Source of the DNA: a bacterium
GTDB taxonomy: Bacteria > Babelota > Babeliae > Babelales > JAUWHS01
DNA length: 64,000 nucleotides
NCBI GenBank assembly: GCA_043818275.1
Contig: JBDRFY010000050.1
Coordinates: 1-64,000 of the forward strand
Direction of reading: 5' to 3'
Part shown: positions 40,104 through 49,893 of the stretch, piece after piece
How positions within the stretch are numbered: position 1 is the first letter of the stretch
Layout: each line of letters opens with the position of its first letter
The notes under the pieces: generated by a model
What the model was told of the DNA's origin: nothing
The model's input: the letters and a program-made list of their open reading frames with translations, nothing else
The model's database searches: none
Made by a program: the position numbers and the translations under genes

Positions 40104-40239
40104 TTGTCATCCTGAACTCGTTTCAGGATCCACACTCAGTTAAACTAATCACAATTTTTAAAATTATAGTAAATCATTTTACAAAGCTTACCCATCAAAA
40201 ATTATAAACATAGATCCTGAAATAAATTCAGGATGACAA
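40104..40239. repeat. Palindromic REP-like doublet (family 2)
   Basis: ttgtcatcctgaactcgtttcaggatc (40104-40130) and gatcctgaaataaattcaggatgacaa (40213-40239); each is a hairpin, and the two are 24/27 complementary. Confidence 0.85.
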
Positions 40240-40318
40240 AATAGGATTAAAATAATATTTTGGAATCACAACTTAGGCTTAATTTTAATAAAAAGTAATT
40301 TAATCACAAGAAATTAAA

Positions 40319-41434
40319 ATGTTAATCGATAGACGATATTTTAGATATTTTGACTGGATAAGTTTTTCAATTACGATTCTTTTGTTGTCCTTTGGCCTCC
40401 TATTTGTTTTTAGCTCAACTTATACGCCTGAAAAACCATTCTCTATTTTTTTTAAAAAACAATTATTTGGGGCAATTACAGGATTATTTATCTATTTATT
40501 TTTTTCATTTAAAGATTTAAGAAATCTTAGTCGTTTTGGATTTTTTTTATATTTTTTTATTCTTGTCCTTCTTACATATACATATTTAGCAGGTTTTGTT
40601 GGGATGGGTGCTAAACGCTGGTTATCTCTTTATTTTTTTAAATTTCAGCCATCAGAACTTGTAAAATTATTTTTACCCTCTTTTCTTGCGTTTTATTTTC
40701 TGGAACAAGATTTACCCAAATACCATAAAAAATTTAATCCCAAATCAAAAGATTTTTTGTTTCCTGCAATAATTTTGTTTATAAGTTTCCTTCTCATTTT
40801 TAAACAACCAGATCTTGGCACAGCTTTAATTATTCTTTTTACAGGTTTGATTTTATTCAGGGTTATTGGGCTGAAAAATAAATTTTTTTTTATTTTAATT
40901 CTTTCATGCGCAATCAGCACACCCATAATCTGGAAAATTTTAAAACCTTATCACCAAAAAAGAATTTTGGTGCTTCTGGGTGGCGGAGAAGCTCAAAAGG
41001 ACCGGTATCAAATTGAACAATCAAAAATAGCAATCGGTTCTGGTGGTATTTTTGGTAAAGGGGTTTTAAAAGGCACACAAAATAAGCTTGCGTTTTTACC
41101 TGAAAACCATACCGATTTTATCTTTTCAGTGATTTGTGAAGAATGGGGTTTTGTTGGAGCAATTTTTATTTTACTGTTATTTTTTTTGCTATTTACAAGA
41201 ATTACTTTAATTATTTTACAGATTAAAAATTTATTTGATCAAATTATCGCTGTTGGACTTTTGACGCATCTTATTCTTTCTGTTGTAATAAATATTGGAA
41301 TGACTGTAGGAATTTTACCAATCGTGGGAATTCCGTTGCCCCTTTTTAGTTATGGAATTACACATCTCTGGATTTGCATGGCAAGTTTGGGATGGATAAA
41401 TAATATTGCAATAAGGCGTTATGCTCATTATTAA
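40319..41434 (+). CDS. rodA: Rod shape-determining SEDS protein RodA
   Basis: GAKRWL, FQPSELVK, QPDLGTA, QSKIAIGSGG, LPENHTDFIF, GIPLPLFSYG. Confidence 0.9.
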   Translation: MLIDRRYFRYFDWISFSITILLLSFGLLFVFSSTYTPEKPFSIFFKKQLFGAITGLFIYLFFSFKDLRNLSRFGFFLYFFILVLLTYTYLAGFVGMGAKRWLSLYFFKFQPSELVKLFLPSFLAFYFLEQDLPKYHKKFNPKSKDFLFPAIILFISFLLIFKQPDLGTALIILFTGLILFRVIGLKNKFFFILILSCAISTPIIWKILKPYHQKRILVLLGGGEAQKDRYQIEQSKIAIGSGGIFGKGVLKGTQNKLAFLPENHTDFIFSVICEEWGFVGAIFILLLFFLLFTRITLIILQIKNLFDQIIAVGLLTHLILSVVINIGMTVGILPIVGIPLPLFSYGITHLWICMASLGWINNIAIRRYAHY

Positions 41435-41543
41435 TTTTTTTTAACAAAACACTTTGAAAAACAATATTTTTCTATATAATTTACTTCACGTTTAAATGCT
41501 AAATTTGAAAATAATATTAACCATTTTTCAGAAAGGTGGCAGG

Positions 41544-41795
41544 ATGAATCTTAAAAAATATTTCTTTCTTTTCTCATTTCTTTTGGGCCTTAGTTTTTTA
41601 AGTCAAATAAATGCTTATACCTTAGATGAATTGCAAACAATGTTTAAAGATGTAGATATTACAAACGTAAAAGAAGTTATGAATCGAATGAGAGAAGTTA
41701 AATTTTTTGAAACTTATCCATATGCCAATATCGAAGAAACAGCAAAACAAATACAACAATTACTTCTTGAAAATGCAATACCACCTCAAAATTAA
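41544..41795 (+). CDS. Small secreted hypothetical protein
   Basis: ATG at 41544; signal peptide ending INA; followed by a terminator. Confidence 0.55.
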   Translation: MNLKKYFFLFSFLLGLSFLSQINAYTLDELQTMFKDVDITNVKEVMNRMREVKFFETYPYANIEETAKQIQQLLLENAIPPQN

Positions 41796-41821
41796 AATCT
41801 AAATTTATCTACAAAAACTTT

Positions 41822-41856
41822 AACGGGCGAAGTTTAAAAACTCCGCCCGTTTTTTT
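41822..41856 (+). terminator. Intrinsic terminator
   Basis: aacgggcg...cgcccgtt then T-tract. Confidence 0.75.
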
Positions 41857-41975
41857 ATTTAAAGCATTGCATTTTTAAACATGCAAAAATTATTATTAAA
41901 AAGTTGCTAATTTTGAAATTTATTTTAAAAAAAAGATTCAGAATCTCTATCATTATAATTTAAAAGGATAAAGGA

Positions 41976-43169
41976 ATGAAAAAATTATTATCTCTTTTGA
42001 CTCTTCCTTTTTTAATAACCAGTTTTTATTTTCATGAAATTTCTTCAATGCAACAAACTAATACAAAATCTATTGCTAAACCAAACTTACGTAAAAAACA
42101 AACTCCAGAAGAAAAAGAAAAGCCGGAACAAAAATTCACAGAAATCATTTTTGGCCAAACAGGATCATTTTCCGGTTCACTTAAAACTTATGGCGAAATA
42201 ATTAAAAATGCTATTGATGCCTGTTTTCAGGAAGCAAACAAATCAGGGGATCTGGGTGATGTAAAATTAAAATTAATAAGTTTGGATGATAAAGGCAAAG
42301 CACAGCTCGCAGCTAAAAATATAAAAAATTTATTTGATGAAAATAAAATATATATGTTTTTGGGTTGCACCGGAACACGGGGTGTGCTAAAAGTTTTACC
42401 ATTAATTAAATCAGGCAAAATAGCCATGTTTTTTCCATGGGGAGGTGACCCAGAATTAATGCAACAAGATTTAACTTATCAAATTAACGGTTTAGGTTTA
42501 ATAGAACCGCAAACAGAAAAATTAATTGATTATATTGTCAATGAACTCAAATTAACCAAGATAGGAATCTTTTGCTCTGATGGAGATTTTTCACAAAAAT
42601 CAGCAAATATTGCGATAGATCAATTAAAAAAAGTTGGAATCAAACCTGTTCAAAATGTTAATTATAATCGTTTTACAATGAATATAAAAAGACCATCCAA
42701 ACAATTAATTACTTATGATCCAAAAGTCGTTTTAAGTTTAGGTACAAGTATGCCAACAGCCAAAATGATTGAATATTTTTTTAAAGCCGGAAATTTTGGG
42801 ACTAATTTTTTGGGAATTGATTCAACTTTATTTGTCAGTGAAATTTTAAAAGAAAAAAACGTAAACTTTGAATACTCATCCTGCGTTCCGGACCCAAAAA
42901 ACATTGAACTTCCAATCGTAAAAGAATATCAGGAAGTTCTCAAGAAATATTATCCTGAAGAAACTTTTAATATTTTATCATTAGCTTATTACATTCAGGC
43001 AAAAATAATTATTGAAGCAATCAAAAAGATATCAGGTCCCATAACAAAAGAAAAAATAATATCTGAGATCGAAAACATGATAAACTTTGATTTAGGTGGC
43101 TTTAAAATAAATTTTGATTCACAAACAAGATATGCTTTTGGAAAAGATGTAATAATTTTAAAGGGATAA
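41976..43169 (+). CDS. Type I periplasmic binding protein (LivJ/branched-chain amino acid-binding-like)
   Basis: Signal peptide; FGQTGSFSG, LISLDD, FLGCTGT, FDLGGFKINF pattern typical of PBP1 proteins. Confidence 0.85.
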   Translation: MKKLLSLLTLPFLITSFYFHEISSMQQTNTKSIAKPNLRKKQTPEEKEKPEQKFTEIIFGQTGSFSGSLKTYGEIIKNAIDACFQEANKSGDLGDVKLKLISLDDKGKAQLAAKNIKNLFDENKIYMFLGCTGTRGVLKVLPLIKSGKIAMFFPWGGDPELMQQDLTYQINGLGLIEPQTEKLIDYIVNELKLTKIGIFCSDGDFSQKSANIAIDQLKKVGIKPVQNVNYNRFTMNIKRPSKQLITYDPKVVLSLGTSMPTAKMIEYFFKAGNFGTNFLGIDSTLFVSEILKEKNVNFEYSSCVPDPKNIELPIVKEYQEVLKKYYPEETFNILSLAYYIQAKIIIEAIKKISGPITKEKIISEIENMINFDLGGFKINFDSQTRYAFGKDVIILKG

Positions 43170-43171
43170 AT

Positions 43172-44251
43172 ATGAAATTTTCATTTAAATTAATGAAAAC
43201 AGCAAAGTTTCAACTTACAGCTATAATTATTGCAATATTTTATGTAGTCGGTCTTCTTTTATGGCAAAATTTTTCAACCTTTTATGCGGAAGAAATATTT
43301 ACTTTAAATAAAGTTGAAAAAGCAACAAAAAAACTGGCTAATAATGTTACAGTTGGATTATACATCAACAATTTTCCATCTTTTGATTTTGATAAAAATC
43401 AGTTCATTATGGATGCTTTTTTGTCATTCAGATTTGAAGTTGGAACTGAATCAATAGACACAATTTCTAAATTTTCATTCAGAAACACTAATCTTCAAAA
43501 TTTAGGTGTTTTATATCAATCAGAGCCGATGATAAAATTAATTGGTGATGATGTCATGATTTCATATCACATCCAGGTTGAATTCAAAGCGCCGCTTGAA
43601 CAAAAATATTTTCCTATAGGAGACCACAGATTAAACATAATTTTGGAAAACAGAAGCACATCACCAAACGAATTGATATTTAATTCCAGCCTTGATGATT
43701 TTGTATTATCAAAAGATTTGTTCGTATCTATCTGGCAACCAAAACAAAAAATGGTGCAATCTGGCTATTTAATATCTAAATTAAATGAAAAAGATCCTTC
43801 GTTAAATATTAAATATCCAGCTGTTGTTTTTACAATTGATTTTGAAAATATCAGCAATAGAAATTTATATACTTTATATTTCCCGATGTTTGTTATTTTT
43901 CTAATCGGATTACTTTCTCTAACTATAGAAATAGCAGAAATTTCAAGATTGGCATTGGTAGCAGCATCATTACCAATTTTAGTATTATTCAGAACGGCAA
44001 TTGACGCAATATCCCCTGAAGTCGGAAAAATTACAAAAGTTGACTTTGTATATTTTTTATTAGTTTTCCTTTCATTATTAATTCTTTTATTCCAGGCATT
44101 TATAACTTTAAATCTCAAAAAAATTAAAAAATTAGATGAAGAAACACAAAAAAGAAAAATTACCAGAATGGAAAACTTGAATAATCTGTTTTTTATTATT
44201 ATCATTCTACTTCTTGTTGCGGCTATAACTTATGACACTTTTGTTAGATAA
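43172..44251 (+). CDS. Prokaryotic pentameric ligand-gated ion channel (Pro-loop/Cys-loop family, GLIC/ELIC-like)
   Basis: VTVGLYINNF...DFDKNQF.MDAFL beta-strands, YFPIGDH Pro-loop, four C-terminal TMs with M1 Pro (LYFPMF), M2-M3 Pro and M3 Asp (TKVDF). Confidence 0.75.
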   Translation: MKFSFKLMKTAKFQLTAIIIAIFYVVGLLLWQNFSTFYAEEIFTLNKVEKATKKLANNVTVGLYINNFPSFDFDKNQFIMDAFLSFRFEVGTESIDTISKFSFRNTNLQNLGVLYQSEPMIKLIGDDVMISYHIQVEFKAPLEQKYFPIGDHRLNIILENRSTSPNELIFNSSLDDFVLSKDLFVSIWQPKQKMVQSGYLISKLNEKDPSLNIKYPAVVFTIDFENISNRNLYTLYFPMFVIFLIGLLSLTIEIAEISRLALVAASLPILVLFRTAIDAISPEVGKITKVDFVYFLLVFLSLLILLFQAFITLNLKKIKKLDEETQKRKITRMENLNNLFFIIIILLLVAAITYDTFVR

Positions 44252-44272
44252 CTAACCAAATAAAAATTATAA

Positions 44273-45541
44273 ATGCTATTTTTTATTACATATCAGGTAA
44301 TACAAATATTACTTTTACCTTTTTTTGTTATTTTTCTTTTCCTAAGAAAAATAAAACGCAAACCAGTATTTGGATCATTTAAAGAACGTTTTGGCCTTAT
44401 TCCAAAAAGCCCTACAAATAAAAAAATAATATGGATTCAGGCGGTTTCAGTCGGCGAAGTTCTTTCAATTCAGGATTTAATTAATAAAATAAAAAAAGAA
44501 ATTCCAGATTCTTTTTGTTATTTAACAGTCGGAACATTATCAGGCAAAAAAATAGCACAGAATAAAAAAATTGGTGATCAAATAAGTTTTTTACCCTACG
44601 ATCTTCTTCCTTTAATGTACTTAGCTTACAAACGAATAAAACCATTTAAAATAATTATTGCTGAAGCTGATATATGGCCAAACTTTTTATACCTTGCCAA
44701 ATTAAAAAAAATTCCACTTTTTATAATTAATGCGCGAATGAATGACAAATCAAAAAACAAATATCATAAATTCAGATTCATCTTTAAAAATCTTTTTAAT
44801 ATCGCCCAAAAAATTTTCACTCAAAGTGAAAAAGATACCAATGAATTCAAAATCCTTGGTGTTAAAAAAAATAAACTTGAAACATTGGGAAATATTAAAA
44901 TTCCAAATGTTCTGGAAAAACAAAAAAATACAATCTTGCCTAAAATTAATTTAAATTATCCAATACTTCTTGCGGGCTCCATTCACACCGGAGAAATGGA
45001 TATTTACATAAATTTATTTAAAAAGCTAAAAATTACTTTTTCTAATTTAAAAATTATAATTGCCCCTCGACATTTTCATTGGCAAGAAGAATTATTGGAA
45101 AAATTAAGACTATCACAAATAAATTTTATTTCCTGGCAAGATAAATATTGCAACATAACAATCATTGAAAAATTAAATAATTTTGATGCATTAATCGTCT
45201 TAAAACTCGGTGAACTTTTTAATCTTTATCCTTTTTGCAATATCTTTTTTTTGGGTGGAACATTTGTTCCTATTGGTGGGCATAATTTACTTGAGCCTGC
45301 CGCATGGAGTAAACTTTCAATAATTGGGCCTTATGATTCTAATTGCAGGGTAATCGCTGATGAGCTTGAAAAAAACAATGGTTTAATAAGAGTTAAAAAT
45401 GAAAATGAATTATTTATTCAAACTAAAAATTTATTAGAAAATAAAAAATATATTTATATGGGAAAAAATGCGCATGATTGGTTGGAAAAAGAAGCAAAAA
45501 TTGTAAATGCAAAATTAAATAATTTCATTGAAGAATTGTAA
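44273..45541 (+). CDS. waaA: 3-deoxy-D-manno-octulosonic acid (Kdo) transferase
   Basis: WIQAVSVGE, LPYD, EADIWPN, INARM, GNIK, APRH, GGHNLLEPA. Confidence 0.9.
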   Translation: MLFFITYQVIQILLLPFFVIFLFLRKIKRKPVFGSFKERFGLIPKSPTNKKIIWIQAVSVGEVLSIQDLINKIKKEIPDSFCYLTVGTLSGKKIAQNKKIGDQISFLPYDLLPLMYLAYKRIKPFKIIIAEADIWPNFLYLAKLKKIPLFIINARMNDKSKNKYHKFRFIFKNLFNIAQKIFTQSEKDTNEFKILGVKKNKLETLGNIKIPNVLEKQKNTILPKINLNYPILLAGSIHTGEMDIYINLFKKLKITFSNLKIIIAPRHFHWQEELLEKLRLSQINFISWQDKYCNITIIEKLNNFDALIVLKLGELFNLYPFCNIFFLGGTFVPIGGHNLLEPAAWSKLSIIGPYDSNCRVIADELEKNNGLIRVKNENELFIQTKNLLENKKYIYMGKNAHDWLEKEAKIVNAKLNNFIEEL

Positions 45542-45547
45542 AAATAA

Positions 45548-45569
45548 ATCCCGGTGTTTAATCCGGGAT
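45548..45569. terminator. Hairpin between convergent waaA and lon
   Basis: atcccgg-N8-ccgggat flanked by A/T tracts. Confidence 0.6.
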
Positions 45570-45575
45570 ATATTT

Positions 45576-47936
45576 TTATTTAGACTTCCGTTTAGGTTTT
45601 CGCTTTAAAGCGTGTTCAATAACCTGATCCATGGAATCAACATAAGTAATTTCGAGTTTGGAATTTAACTCTTTTTCAAATTCTTTTATATCTTTTTCAT
45701 TTTCTTTTGGAACCAAAACCTTAGTCACGCCAAACCTGGATGCTGCCAGTAATTTTTCTTTTAATCCACCAACACCCAAAACTCGTCCTCTTAAGGTAAC
45801 CTCACCTGTCATAGCCAACTTACTTTTAACAGGAATTTTGGTTAATGCTGAAGCTAAAGCTATTCCCATTGTAATGCCAGCTGATGGACCATCCTTTGGA
45901 ATTGCTCCTTCCGGAACATGAACATGAACATCAAGATCAGAATAAAAATCAGGTTTTAATCCAAAATCTTTTGCCCGGGAACGGATATAACTCATTGCAG
46001 CCTGAGCAGATTCCTGCATAACCTCACCTAGCTGTCCTGTCAAAGTTAAAGCTCCTTTACCCTTGAGCACACTAACTTCAACTTCCAAAATATCGCCTCC
46101 CATTTCTGTCCAGGCAAGACCAACAGCAAGGCCCGGTTTCGTATCTTTTTTCTTTTCCGGTTTTCTGAACCTTGGAACACCTAACCATTTTTCAAGTTTC
46201 TCTTCATCAATTGAAACTTTTTTAATTTTATTGTCTTTCAAAATTGATTGTATGCTTTTACGTAAAAGTTTGGCCAAAACTCGTTCTAACTGTCGTACAC
46301 CAGCCTCTTTTGTGTATTCATCAACCAAAAGTCTTAATGCTTCTTTTTTTATATAAATTTGTGATGCCTTTAAACAATATTCATTTAATAATTTTGGCAA
46401 CAAAAAGTTTTGTGCTATCTCCATTTTTTCCGCTTCTGTATATCCGGAAAGTTCAATAATTTCCATTCTGTCCAACAAAGGATAAGGAATGCTATCAATA
46501 ATATTAGCAGTCGTTATAAACATAACCCTGGATAAATCATAATCAACTTCAACAAAATAATCCGCAAACGCTTTGTTTTGTTCCGGATCCAAAACTTCAA
46601 GCAAGGCTGCAGCAGGATCTCCTCTAAAATCCATGGACATTTTATCAATCTCATCCAAAACGATTAATGGATTTATAACCTGAGCCTTTTTCATAGCCTG
46701 AATAATTTTTCCTGGCATTGCGCCAATGTATGTTTTTCTGTGACCCCTAATCTCTGCTTCATCTCGCATCCCACCTAGTGAAATACGAATTAATTTTCTG
46801 CCCAAAGAATCTGCAATAGACATAGCAAGAGAGGTTTTTCCAACGCCCGGAGGGCCAACTAAACACAAAATTGGAGCTTTTTTTAAATTCTTACCCGCAA
46901 ATTTTTTAGCTGCCAAAAATTCAAAAATTCGCTCTTTTACTTTTTGCATTCCGGCATGGGAAGAATTAAGAATTTTTTCAGCCTCAGTTAAACTGATATC
47001 ATCCCTTGTTTCTTTGTACCAGGGAATAGAAAATAACCAGTCGATATAATGCCTGCTAACAGTAGCTTCAGGAGAAGTCGGTTGCATTTGTTCCAAACGT
47101 TTTAATTCTGCTTCAGCTTTATTGCCAGCCTCGGGAGAAAGCTTTAATTCTTTCATTTTATTTAAAAGATCAGCGACTTCTTTTTGATAATCTTCCCGGC
47201 CCAATTCTCTGTGAATAGCGCGAATCTGTTCATTTAAATAATAATCTTTTTGATTTTTTTCTACCTGTTTTTGAACCTGTTGCTTAATTTTTCGCTCAGT
47301 TTTTAAAACCTCAATTTCATTACTAAGAATAACACTGAGTCTTGTTACACGTTGCCTAAGATCCACAATTTCAAGAAAGGCTTGTCTTTCTTTAAAACTT
47401 AAGGGCAATTGAACAGCTATAGCGTCAGTTAAATAATCAAGATCATCAGTCCCCTTAATAGCTCCTAAAACATCCGGTGATATTTTTTCATTTAAAGCTA
47501 TATATTCTTTAAACAAATCAAATAAACTTCTCCATAAAGCCTTAGCCTCTATTTCCCTTTCAATTTTTTCTGGAATTAAATCCTCAACCTCAGCTTCAAT
47601 AAAACCATTTGTTGAATTAACCCGCTTAATATGACAACGGGCAATGCCTTCAATAAGAATTTTTAAAGTTCCATTTGGCAAACGGGCAACTTGTAAAATA
47701 AATGCTCTGGTTCCATAGTGAAAAATATCATCTGAAGCAGGATTTTCTATATTTATTGATCTTTGCGCGGTAACAAAGATTTCTTTATTTTTTTGCATAG
47801 CAGCTTCAACGGCCTTTATAGATACATCCCTGCCAACTACAACCGGAATTATACTTTTAGGCAAAGCAACCAAATTTTTAAGTGGCAAAACAGGTAATAT
47901 TTTAGGATTTAAAATTCTAAATGACTGTTGTTCCAT
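45576..47936 (-). CDS. lon: ATP-dependent protease La
   Basis: [31 protein letters not shown] catalytic Ser, GGLKEK. Confidence 0.97.
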   Translation of the reverse strand: MEQQSFRILNPKILPVLPLKNLVALPKSIIPVVVGRDVSIKAVEAAMQKNKEIFVTAQRSINIENPASDDIFHYGTRAFILQVARLPNGTLKILIEGIARCHIKRVNSTNGFIEAEVEDLIPEKIEREIEAKALWRSLFDLFKEYIALNEKISPDVLGAIKGTDDLDYLTDAIAVQLPLSFKERQAFLEIVDLRQRVTRLSVILSNEIEVLKTERKIKQQVQKQVEKNQKDYYLNEQIRAIHRELGREDYQKEVADLLNKMKELKLSPEAGNKAEAELKRLEQMQPTSPEATVSRHYIDWLFSIPWYKETRDDISLTEAEKILNSSHAGMQKVKERIFEFLAAKKFAGKNLKKAPILCLVGPPGVGKTSLAMSIADSLGRKLIRISLGGMRDEAEIRGHRKTYIGAMPGKIIQAMKKAQVINPLIVLDEIDKMSMDFRGDPAAALLEVLDPEQNKAFADYFVEVDYDLSRVMFITTANIIDSIPYPLLDRMEIIELSGYTEAEKMEIAQNFLLPKLLNEYCLKASQIYIKKEALRLLVDEYTKEAGVRQLERVLAKLLRKSIQSILKDNKIKKVSIDEEKLEKWLGVPRFRKPEKKKDTKPGLAVGLAWTEMGGDILEVEVSVLKGKGALTLTGQLGEVMQESAQAAMSYIRSRAKDFGLKPDFYSDLDVHVHVPEGAIPKDGPSAGITMGIALASALTKIPVKSKLAMTGEVTLRGRVLGVGGLKEKLLAASRFGVTKVLVPKENEKDIKEFEKELNSKLEITYVDSMDQVIEHALKRKPKRKSK

Positions 47937-48206
47937 GAATAATTAGCTTTCTAATTTTTTAAAATATTATATTTAATAATCTTAATAATTAATTTTTTAC
48001 AATACGAAATCTAAAAGCTTCAAGCGCCCAAATAGGTTACAAGAAGAAATGACCCCACCAAATTTTTTAGTCCAATACTATAAAGTTTAATGATAAAAAA
48101 AAAGACAAATAAAGCAAGAAAAACAATCAAATAAACAAGTTATGAAAAATTACGGCACAAACTTTAAAAAAACCTTAGAAATCCAATATTTAAGATAGTT
48201 TTTAAA

Positions 48207-48234
48207 TTGACATTTTAATATGCAACCTTATAAT
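48207..48234 (+). promoter_or_regulatory. Consensus sigma70 promoter upstream of the NTT pair
   Basis: TTGACA (48207-48212), 16 nt, TATAAT (48229-48234). Confidence 0.7.
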
Positions 48235-48406
48235 TCAAGTTATATAACAACGAGTTCGAATCTTTATTTATTTCCAGAATAGGGACATCTAAAAATAAAG
48301 TCTAATGTTTGAAACTTTAAGCTTAAAAGCAATAAATAACCTATTTAATAGATAAAGACATACAAAATTGGGGTAAAAATTAATTACTCATTTTTGGGGA
48401 GTTTTC

Positions 48407-49861
48407 ATGCAAGTTAATGATGAGGTTGACAACAAGGATGAAGAAAAAAAATCTCTTTCGAATTTATTGTGGGGAATACAAAAAGAGTTTCGATTAAAAG
48501 TATTTTTTCAGGCTGCAACATTTCTTCTAATGTCTTCTTGCTTGGCTATCTGGAGACCTTTAAAAATTTCTGTTTTTTCAAAAATAGTTGGCTCAAGTTA
48601 CATTCCGGAAGCAAAACTTTACAGCCTGTTTTTTTTGATTCCTCTAATCATTTTTTATTCAAAACTTGTTGATATTCTCAGAAGACATCAACTTTTATAC
48701 TGTTTCAATCTGTTTCATGGCGCGGGTGGAATTATCCTTTATTATTTTTTATCCCATCCTGTTTATGGAATAGCAAATACGGATACCAGCCCTTATAGAT
48801 TAACCGGCTGGTTTTTTTATTTTTTCATGGAAAGTTTTAATGCTTTTTTGTCAACAGTTTTTTGGTCTTTTGCTGATTCAATAAATAAACCTAAAGATGC
48901 TCAAAATTACTATGGACTAATTGTTTCTGGATCTAAGATTGGTGGAATTTTATCCGCGGGTAGCCTATATGTTGCAATAAGTTTTTTCACTTCTACAAGC
49001 AATTCAGTTCTACTATCAAATTCTCTTCTTATTGGAAGCCTAATGTTATTTGCTGCCGCGGGATCAATATATTTTTTAATAAAAATGGTTCCCGGATATT
49101 ACATGCATGGATACGAAAAGGTTTATCAATTAGAAAAACAAAGAGAACCAGAAAAGAGCGTGCTTCAAAAAACTTCTGGCAATTGGATAACAGGTTTTAT
49201 TCAAAGTATAAAAAAAGCCTTTGAGGGATTAATAATTATTTTAAAAAATCCATACGTCCTGGGAATTTTTTCAATAATAATAATCTATGAAATTATGATT
49301 GTTATTATTGATTACAGAGTCGCAATTACTGCAGATATAGCATTTCCATCAGTTGGAAAAATGACTCAATATTACGCTTTATATTATTTACTCATGAATT
49401 CAGTTGGTCTTGTTATTTCATTTTTTGGCACAACCGCAATATTAAAATTACTTGGAATTAGAATTTCTCTTTTTATATTTCCTTTAGCGAGTGCGGCTAT
49501 AATTTTAATAACATTTTTTTATCCGACAGCAACAATTTTCTTCATAGCGCTAGTCACCTTAAGAGCTCTTAATTATGCATTAAACCATCCAATAAGAGAA
49601 ATTTTGTATATTCCCACAATTAAAGATATAAAATTTAAAGCAAAAGCATGGACGGATGCTTTTGGTTCAAGAATAGCAAAAGGCGGAGGATCATTTTTTA
49701 ATATTGGAATGAAAAAAGCAACTCCGGCATTTGCATTATTTTTTAGTACAGCACTAACAATGGGATTAATTTCTATTTGGTTTGTAATTGTTTATTTCTT
49801 GGGAAAAACACTCAAGGATGCTCTTGATAATCAAAAAATCATTGGTAATAAAACAGATTAA
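48407..49861 (+). CDS. TLC/NTT family nucleotide transporter (ATP/ADP translocase-like)
   Basis: About 12 TMs; WRPLK, FWSFA, REILYIPT..DIKFKAKAWTD.FGSR.AK.GG. Confidence 0.88.
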   Translation: MQVNDEVDNKDEEKKSLSNLLWGIQKEFRLKVFFQAATFLLMSSCLAIWRPLKISVFSKIVGSSYIPEAKLYSLFFLIPLIIFYSKLVDILRRHQLLYCFNLFHGAGGIILYYFLSHPVYGIANTDTSPYRLTGWFFYFFMESFNAFLSTVFWSFADSINKPKDAQNYYGLIVSGSKIGGILSAGSLYVAISFFTSTSNSVLLSNSLLIGSLMLFAAAGSIYFLIKMVPGYYMHGYEKVYQLEKQREPEKSVLQKTSGNWITGFIQSIKKAFEGLIIILKNPYVLGIFSIIIIYEIMIVIIDYRVAITADIAFPSVGKMTQYYALYYLLMNSVGLVISFFGTTAILKLLGIRISLFIFPLASAAIILITFFYPTATIFFIALVTLRALNYALNHPIREILYIPTIKDIKFKAKAWTDAFGSRIAKGGGSFFNIGMKKATPAFALFFSTALTMGLISIWFVIVYFLGKTLKDALDNQKIIGNKTD

Positions 49862-49893
49862 AAATTAAAAGATATTAGGGAGTAAGAAGGATT

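Noticed and set aside
43765..44205. 146-aa minus-strand ORF
   Set aside because: Antisense to the TM region of the channel gene; such shadows are expected opposite hydrophobic codons. The other short nested ORFs in the track were rejected for similar reasons.
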